The position numbers and the translations under genes were made by a program. A stretch of DNA of 64,000 nucleotides from an uncultured Nitrososphaerota archaeon. Lineage in GTDB: Archaea > Thermoproteota > EX4484-205 > JAAOZO01. A model generated the notes under the pieces. The model made no database searches. It saw only the letters and a list, made by a program, of their open reading frames with translations, and had not been told where the DNA came from. The stretch is from positions 110,590-174,589 of the forward strand of contig CAYOYV010000002.1 of assembly GCA_964408285.1 (NCBI GenBank). Reading direction: 5' to 3'. Shown piece after piece: positions 58,019-64,000 of the stretch (its first letter is position 1; the number at the start of each line of letters is the position of its first letter).

Positions 58019-59053
58019 TTACCCCTCTCTCCTCCTTAACACTTGATCAGTCCTTTCTATGAGGGGCTCTAGATGAGGCAAGTCTGAAATGCAGTCTCTT
58101 ATGATTCCCTCAAGGTCCCTTCTGTTCTGGTCCTCATCTCTATTCTCATGCAATATTCTAATCATCCAGTCCACCAAATCCTCGAGGATCCTTCTATACA
58201 GATAGAATCCGAGGAAATCGGTTTTGAGGCAAACACGACCGAATTCATCCTCATAATTGTCTAAGAACAGATCGAAGCGATCCCCAGTGAATGCAAAAAT
58301 ATCATGCTCAGGGGGTGCCAAGATTGCACCCTCCCAATCCAGAACATAGACCTCCCCCCTCGCATCTATCAGGATATTACTGCCTATGGGATCGGTGTGA
58401 CAAAGGACCGTTTGCTTCTTGATTCCCCTGACTGAAAGTTGAAGGGTCTCCAGTCTCCCAAGACGCCCGAGGAGTTCCTCCTTCAATGGCAATATGAGAT
58501 CCCTCAATGCCAGCTTGCCCTCTCCATCTCCCTGAGTAGTACGCTCAAGTGTCTCAAGGCCCGTCAGCATTTCGCCCTTGAATGGAATCCCGAGATCATC
58601 GATCGGTGGGTTCTCAGTACCAATGTAGGGGGCGCAATTGTGAATCCTTGCGATCTGTCTCGCCACGGTTGCTAGGACCTCGTCAGAAGGTCTCTCATCA
58701 TTAATGGTCCTTCCCTCAATGAAGTTGTAGACAACGACTGGCATGCCACCGAAGTCTGACTTAAGTGAGCCCGCTTGTGTTCTTACTGGGCAAGGAAGGC
58801 TTCTGAAGTAATTACCATGAAAAAGGTTCCACATCAACGGTAAGCAAAAGTCCAGAGCTTTCGCGCTCTTCAGTCCCATGCGAGTGGAAGGAAGGACTTT
58901 TACTAGATATCTCAAACCGATATCGCTATCGATTAGATAGCAGTATCCGACTTCTCCTTTGGGAAGAAACTCGATGCGCCCCACCCAGAGTCCGTATTCG
59001 GTGCCGATTCTAGCAGCTAGCGATTCCCTGTCTATTCCAAGATCGTCCTTCAT
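58019..59053 (-). CDS. aminoglycoside/choline-kinase-like phosphotransferase (APH family)
   Basis: Brenner motif CHTDPIGSNILID and Mg-binding VLDWEGA. Confidence 0.75.
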   Translation of the reverse strand: MKDDLGIDRESLAARIGTEYGLWVGRIEFLPKGEVGYCYLIDSDIGLRYLVKVLPSTRMGLKSAKALDFCLPLMWNLFHGNYFRSLPCPVRTQAGSLKSDFGGMPVVVYNFIEGRTINDERPSDEVLATVARQIARIHNCAPYIGTENPPIDDLGIPFKGEMLTGLETLERTTQGDGEGKLALRDLILPLKEELLGRLGRLETLQLSVRGIKKQTVLCHTDPIGSNILIDARGEVYVLDWEGAILAPPEHDIFAFTGDRFDLFLDNYEDEFGRVCLKTDFLGFYLYRRILEDLVDWMIRILHENRDEDQNRRDLEGIIRDCISDLPHLEPLIERTDQVLRRREG

Positions 59054-59115
59054 GCTATGGTCACATACCTATGTTCTGTTCCGGCGAATTTCTAACAACC
59101 CTGAACTTGGACATA

Positions 59116-59988
59116 TCAGTACTGTCCTAGAGCACCCTCACGCCTAGTAGAATCATAGGCCTTCTTGAAGACCCAGAGAGAAACGGGTAGTAGGATCAAT
59201 ATGAATAATCCAAGCTTTGTGATGTCCTCCAGTATCGCCAATGAGGAAAAGCCTTCTCCGCTCATCAGGCATCTCCTGATTCCGTCAAGTGAATAGGTCA
59301 ATGGAAACACAGCGCCCACCCACTGGAGATAGCCAGGAAGCAGTCCCAATGGGTACAGGACTCCTGAGAACAGCTGTGTCAGCCAAGAGAATGCCCAGAC
59401 TATCGGGTCTCCCTGTTTCAGCTTCAGGATGGCACCCGCGCCCAAGATACCGACTACCATGTGACTGACTATGAGAAGTATCGTGAGGACAGCTGCAGCC
59501 AAAAAAGAGCTGAAGTTCAGATTGAAGCTGGCACCCATGAGGAGTCCCATGCTCATTGAGGCCAGAAGGAAATAGGATGCCACTATGAATCTGAAGACTG
59601 ATTCTCCCAGTAGGAAGACCCTGAAGCTCGTTCTGGAGGACAGTATTGTCTCCATGGTGCCATCCCACTGTTCCTCCCTTATAGCCTCCGACAGCCCAGA
59701 AACAGAAGAGAAGACGTAATTCTGGAAGGCTATGCCTATGACCGTGAAGGTCAAGAAATCTGCTGCATACCCGGCATTGACTAGTGCCTGCGGAGACACT
59801 ATCTTCGAGACGAAATAGTAGGTAGCAACGAAGAGCAGTGAGCCTAAGATGTCCAGTATTATCCACAGCTTGTAAGTCCACCAGATTTTGAAATCCCTCG
59901 ATATGAACGCGATTACCTTTGTCACAGGATCCACTTGGGCCTCAGGGACCGGCTCTGCCAAGAACTTGATTATCTCTTCCACCTTCAT
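59116..59988 (-). CDS. ABC-2 type transporter permease
   Basis: 6 TM helices, ABC-2 topology. Confidence 0.75.
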   Translation of the reverse strand: MKVEEIIKFLAEPVPEAQVDPVTKVIAFISRDFKIWWTYKLWIILDILGSLLFVATYYFVSKIVSPQALVNAGYAADFLTFTVIGIAFQNYVFSSVSGLSEAIREEQWDGTMETILSSRTSFRVFLLGESVFRFIVASYFLLASMSMGLLMGASFNLNFSSFLAAAVLTILLIVSHMVVGILGAGAILKLKQGDPIVWAFSWLTQLFSGVLYPLGLLPGYLQWVGAVFPLTYSLDGIRRCLMSGEGFSSLAILEDITKLGLFILILLPVSLWVFKKAYDSTRREGALGQY

Positions 59989-59998
59989 TCAAGGTCAC

Positions 59999-60889
59999 CT
60001 AGTATGATGAGGTCGTCCCCTGCCTCCTGATGGTCCTATAGCCCCATTGCAACACCGCTAGTCCCAGTGGCACTAGAATCACGGTAGACCCGAACAGAAT
60101 CGAGAGATCCGAGAACACATTCTGGTCAGCCAGTGAGACACCGAACATCAGCGAGCGTCTCATTGCATCAAGTGCGTATGCATATGGTAGCATCATCGAC
60201 AGGCCTTGGAGAATCGGAAATGCCTTGAGCATCTCCAGCGGATACAGAACCCCTGCAAGAAATTCGTTCATCGCCGCGACTATGAAGGTCACAGGATCTC
60301 CTCTCTTGTGAACCATTACTATGCCGGCTGCGATGAGACCAAGTGCTTGGTTTGCTATCAACATCAGGGCGAATGAAAGGAGTGCCGTAGCAACAGACTG
60401 CGCTGTCAGGATGAATCTCACTCCCAACCCGACAATCCCCACCGCGAAGACCCCTATCAGATAAATCGAACTCACTAGGTATCCACGGGCTGTCAGCCCT
60501 ATGAAGAACACGAACATATTGACTGGAGTGACTGCAACAGTTTCAAGGGTCCCGCCTCGTATCTCGTGTTGAATTGAGTGACTCAGTCTGGTCAGACATG
60601 ACCACAGATAGTGCGAAGTGGCAACCCCGATCAATGAAAAAGCAAGATAACTTGTTCCCCAACCGGTCTGCACCAGTCTCTGTGGATCGACCTGCAGCCC
60701 CACGAAGTAATACATCACCACTGAGGCCACTGTGCTGAGCAGGTCCATGATCAACCAAGATTTGTACGCTAGCAGAATCTTCAGATTGGCCCATATGATG
60801 CCAAGGAGCTGTCTGACCGGAGATGCCAGACGAGGCTCATCGTTCTTGAACAACTGGATGAGCTTATCCGCCTTCAACTCTTTCTTCAC
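59999..60889 (-). CDS. ABC-2 type transporter permease
   Basis: 6 TM helices. Paralog of the adjacent permease. Confidence 0.75.
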   Translation of the reverse strand: MKKELKADKLIQLFKNDEPRLASPVRQLLGIIWANLKILLAYKSWLIMDLLSTVASVVMYYFVGLQVDPQRLVQTGWGTSYLAFSLIGVATSHYLWSCLTRLSHSIQHEIRGGTLETVAVTPVNMFVFFIGLTARGYLVSSIYLIGVFAVGIVGLGVRFILTAQSVATALLSFALMLIANQALGLIAAGIVMVHKRGDPVTFIVAAMNEFLAGVLYPLEMLKAFPILQGLSMMLPYAYALDAMRRSLMFGVSLADQNVFSDLSILFGSTVILVPLGLAVLQWGYRTIRRQGTTSSY

Positions 60890-61853
60890 CTGTCAAACGG
60901 ATGAAGACCTCCTCCAAGTCTGGGAGTGCTTTTTGTATCCCGATCATCTTGGTTCGTCTCGACCTAAGATACTGTGGGATCCTCACCAGGGCCTCATCCT
61001 CATTCTCTACTTCGAGTTGTATGATGACGTGATCCTCCTCCGGTTGAACCTTCACGACCTTCTTCACTCCTGGCACGCTTTGTAGTTCCGACACCGCAGT
61101 CTCTCCTGATCCAAGAAGTCTCAGCTCAACTCCCCTGAAGCTCTTGGTTATCTCGCTCAACTTCAACGGAGTGTCCACTGCGACTATCTTCCCCTTGTTC
61201 ATCACTGCTATCCTATCGCAGAGTCGTTCGGCTTCCATTATGTTGTGAGTGGTAAAGAATATCGTCTTATGTAGCTCCTTGCATAGGGACCGAAGGAGAT
61301 TGCGGGTCTCTATTGCACCTGATGCGTCGAGGCCAACAGTCGGCTCGTCCATGAGCAATATCGTTGCATTAGCGAGCAGTGTTCTGGCCAGCATGACTCT
61401 AACTTTCATCCCTGTTGAGAAATCCTTGACGAGCCTGTCCGCGTCCTTTGTCAACTCGAAGAAATCCAGGAGAGCGTCTATTCTCCTGCCTGCCATATCT
61501 GAGGGAATGTTCTGTAAGAATGCGTAGAATTTCAGGTTATCTCTTGCAGAGAGCCTCCAATAGAGTGCTCTGCCACCTGTTTCCCCGTGAAGCCAGCCTA
61601 TGTTCTCCTTGACTTTGTCTGGCTCGTTGACAACATCATAGCCTGCGATCTTGGCGGTTCCCTCATCCGGAATTATCAACGTACAAAGCATTTTGATTAA
61701 CGTGGTCTTTCCTGCTCCATTTGGGCCAAGTAGCCCGAAGAAAGCCCCTTCCTCAACATCCAGATTGACGTGATTAACGGCGATAATCCTATCTACTTTA
61801 CCGCCCTCCTTCTCGAAGTATTTCGTCAGATCTATCGTTTGGACGGAGTACAT
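60864..61853 (-). CDS. ABC transporter ATP-binding protein (ABC-2/DrrA-like)
   Basis: Walker A GPNGAGKTT, signature FSTGMKVRV and Walker B LLMDEPTVGLD. Confidence 0.9.
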   Translation of the reverse strand: MYSVQTIDLTKYFEKEGGKVDRIIAVNHVNLDVEEGAFFGLLGPNGAGKTTLIKMLCTLIIPDEGTAKIAGYDVVNEPDKVKENIGWLHGETGGRALYWRLSARDNLKFYAFLQNIPSDMAGRRIDALLDFFELTKDADRLVKDFSTGMKVRVMLARTLLANATILLMDEPTVGLDASGAIETRNLLRSLCKELHKTIFFTTHNIMEAERLCDRIAVMNKGKIVAVDTPLKLSEITKSFRGVELRLLGSGETAVSELQSVPGVKKVVKVQPEEDHVIIQLEVENEDEALVRIPQYLRSRRTKMIGIQKALPDLEEVFIRLTGEERVEGG

Positions 61854-62121
61854 AGGGCATTCCTTTCAACTGCTGCGTCTCACTGCCAGCTTCTCGGCTA
61901 TTTTAGCCTTTAATGGTTTCAGAAATGGACCGCCCCTTGATCTAGGACGAGAGTTGGGTCTCCAAGAACAAGCCTTGAGAAGCTTATGGGCGAAGGGATG
62001 ACTATTTTCTGGATTAGACATCGCATTCTAGGGCATTTCCACTCAAGCGGAAGGCATCAAGGCAAAGGTGTCCCTTCTTGGTTTGATTCTCTTTTGGCGC
62101 CCAAGGCCGTCAGTTTTTCGA

Positions 62122-63525
62122 TCAAGAAGAGAGATCCAATGAGGTGTACGAAAGCTCATACTTGCCTTGGAGGCCTTTCACGAATCTGTTCTCATACCTT
62201 TTGAAATAACCACCGAAAGCAGATGCAAGTCTCTTGGCCTCCTCCGGCTCTTCATCAACAAGATTTTTTGTCTCCTTGGGATCTTCGATCAGATCATATA
62301 GCTCGTCAGGTTGTCCCTCCGGCCTTTGAATGTAGCTCCATCTGGAATCCCTTGTGCATCTATCGATTGCCTCGTAGTATCCGGATATCGCGTACTTCCG
62401 ATGCTCGTCTGATTTTCCCATCAATACGGGCAAGAAGCTCCTGCCGTGCATCGAGTGTGTGTTATTGCCCAGACCCAAGAATTCGAGAAGGGTCGGAAGC
62501 AGGTCGGGGCACTGGACAATCCCGTTAGTATTTCTTGCTCCAACCCCCTCTGGCATTTTTATCATCAGGGGGACTTTCAACAGCTCGTTGTACAGTCTGT
62601 CCCCTCCCTTCAGGAATTTGCCGTGATCTGCCAAGGGATGGCCATGATCTGCTAGAACAACTATGAGAGAATCTCTCATGAGGTCCAATGCTTCAAGCTC
62701 AGCCAGAAACTCGCCGAACCAATGATCTACAAAATTCGCCTCTCCTGCATATAGCCCCCTTATGTGGTCTATCTGATCCTCACTTGCCCAGGTCCTTGCC
62801 TCGCCCCCCATGGGGAGGATCAGCTTTGGACCCTTGTATTTCGCCCGAGTATATTTGTCATAGTCACTTGGTGGAAGCCATGGTTCATGGGGGTCAAAGC
62901 TGTCAATCCACAGGAACAGCTTCTCATGTGCTCTGTTCAGCCTGAGCCATTTTGATGCTTCCTTGAACACCTTCGCAGCGAACCAATCTTCCTCGCTTTC
63001 GAAATCGTCGATATTTGCTAGGAACCTCTGCACGTACCTTCTGAAATTCTCGTCATATCCTTGGTTCACATAGTCTTCAATATTCCTCTTGACAGGAGGC
63101 CCAGAATTGTAGGCGTCATACTCTTGCCCCCTTATCCATACAAAGGAGTCAAAGCCCTTGTGGAAGTTCATTCCTGGCTTAAACAGATGATATGTGTCCG
63201 TGATTAATCCCGTCACGTATCCCTCACGTTTCAATATCTCAGCAACGGTGATCTCTGTCGGGTGCATTGGTGTCCAAGGCTTATAGGGCAAGGTGAACTG
63301 GCCTGTCATGAGTTCCGTTCGAACTGGAATTGTGGGAAGTCCTGCTGGGTACGCGTTGTGGAAGACTATGCTCTGCTCGGCTAGCTTGTCCAGATTCGGA
63401 GTCCTGCATGGCGCAACGGCTTCGAAAATTGGCTTTCCGTTACTGTAATGACCGATGTGATCTTGCCTGAAGCTATCCAGCATTACAACGAAAACGTCAT
63501 GTGCCTCTCCTAGTTGCTTGACCAT
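62122..63525 (-). CDS. sulfatase-fold (alkaline phosphatase superfamily) hydrolase/transferase with Thr at the formylglycine position
   Basis: N-terminal metal ligands MLDSFRQDH. The sulfatase signature position reads LPTIPVRTELMTG (T-x-P-x-R instead of C/S-x-P-x-R). The C-terminal HGHP (ADHGHPLADHG) is present. Confidence 0.75.
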   Translation of the reverse strand: MVKQLGEAHDVFVVMLDSFRQDHIGHYSNGKPIFEAVAPCRTPNLDKLAEQSIVFHNAYPAGLPTIPVRTELMTGQFTLPYKPWTPMHPTEITVAEILKREGYVTGLITDTYHLFKPGMNFHKGFDSFVWIRGQEYDAYNSGPPVKRNIEDYVNQGYDENFRRYVQRFLANIDDFESEEDWFAAKVFKEASKWLRLNRAHEKLFLWIDSFDPHEPWLPPSDYDKYTRAKYKGPKLILPMGGEARTWASEDQIDHIRGLYAGEANFVDHWFGEFLAELEALDLMRDSLIVVLADHGHPLADHGKFLKGGDRLYNELLKVPLMIKMPEGVGARNTNGIVQCPDLLPTLLEFLGLGNNTHSMHGRSFLPVLMGKSDEHRKYAISGYYEAIDRCTRDSRWSYIQRPEGQPDELYDLIEDPKETKNLVDEEPEEAKRLASAFGGYFKRYENRFVKGLQGKYELSYTSLDLSS

Positions 63526-63628
63526 TTGGCGACGGGAGTCGAGGCTTCGACCAGGATTTAATCCCTTTGCTCATGATGTGGCGCCCAGTCGCAGTCAGAT
63601 GGAATAGAGCCTAGAGTCAGGATACTTG

Positions 63629-63958
63629 CTACAGGTATTTCTTGCAGGCGTAGCAATACCAACGCTGATATTGTGATACGTAGACTAGAGGTCTACCACA
63701 GGTAGGGCAGCCGTAAGCGGGTTGTGGTTGGGCATACTGCGGAACGGGAGATATTGGTGCCCTCGGTCTACTGAAGATTCCTCCGATCAGGCCTCCGATG
63801 GTTGCAAACGTCACAGCTCCGGCACCCAAAATGATGATCACCACCATCCAGCCTGTTCCTCCCAGGACGGCGTCAGCTCCTTCCAGAAGTTGGGTCCAAC
63901 GACCTAGCACGCCGATTCCCACTGCACTGAGGATGAGGCCAGCCCCAACTGCCCACAA
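63629..63958 (-). CDS. small membrane protein with C-terminal zinc-ribbon
   Basis: Two Gly-rich TM helices, then CPTCGRPL...CYACKKY (CxxC...CxxC). The 5' end may continue past the window edge. Confidence 0.4.
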   Translation of the reverse strand: MWAVGAGLILSAVGIGVLGRWTQLLEGADAVLGGTGWMVVIIILGAGAVTFATIGGLIGGIFSRPRAPISPVPQYAQPQPAYGCPTCGRPLVYVSQYQRWYCYACKKYL

Positions 63959-64000
63959 GGTTGAGCTTAGGAAGGCAGCAATGATGCCCTTCAGGACACC

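Noticed and set aside
59285-59881. 198-aa ORF antisense within the ABC-2 permease gene
   Set aside because: It is a His/Arg/Cys-rich shadow ORF, whereas the permease reading frame shows regular TM periodicity.
1-64000. Search for tRNA/rRNA genes, CRISPR repeats, transposases/integrases and long direct repeats
   Set aside because: Intergenic spacers (all under 380 bp) were read by eye for cloverleaf-compatible GC-rich stems and for repeated 25-40-nt units, and none was found. This negative result is weak without tRNAscan/CRT-type tools.

Overview
The window reads as an archaeal chromosomal segment. Supporting markers are an archaeal-type NMN adenylyltransferase (NadM), a Taw1 radical-SAM tRNA enzyme, a proteasome beta subunit, a long-type FKBP, an Hjc-like nuclease fold, an H+-pyrophosphatase, HflX and RtcA. 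About 60 protein-coding genes are packed tightly on both strands. Reading intergenic spacers by eye, I found no rRNA, tRNA, CRISPR array, transposase or integrase.

The content is dominated by carbohydrate oxidation and isomerisation genes: four Gfo/Idh/MocA oxidoreductases, four xylose-isomerase-like TIM-barrel proteins, two PfkB kinases, an L-fucose/arabinose-isomerase-like protein, an enolase-superfamily dehydratase, a PmoA/DUF6807-like protein, a mutarotase-like protein and a 6-phospho-3-hexuloisomerase-like SIS-domain protein (PHI-like). Housekeeping genes include sufC-sufBD, hppA, hflX, nadM, rtcA, psmB, taw1 and a class I/II aminotransferase. Transporters include two MFS proteins, an ABC importer with a fused double permease plus two TOBE-domain ATPases and a PhoU-like DUF47 gene, an ABC-2 exporter, and an MgtE-like membrane protein next to a PhoU/TrkA-C regulator.

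The most unusual loci are as follows. First, a translationally coupled Mre11/SbcD-like nuclease and Rad50/SbcC-like ATPase pair in which the ATPase carries a two-helix hydrophobic hairpin where the CxxC zinc hook should be, with no HerA/NurA partners. Second, an Hjc-like PD-(D/E)xK nuclease fused to a C-terminal HTH-like extension. Third, a stand-alone B3-like (EcoRII-N/plant-B3 type) DNA-binding protein divergent from an alpha-class N4/N6 DNA methyltransferase. Fourth, a PadR regulator with a Cys/His-rich N-terminus immediately followed by a 57-aa cysteine-rich acidic micro-ORF. Fifth, a sulfatase-fold enzyme with Thr at the formylglycine position. Sixth, a DASS-family permease reduced to its C-terminal half.

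Internal coordinates that I derived by reading the printed sequence lines, rather than by codon arithmetic from the ORF track, may be off by 1-2 nt.
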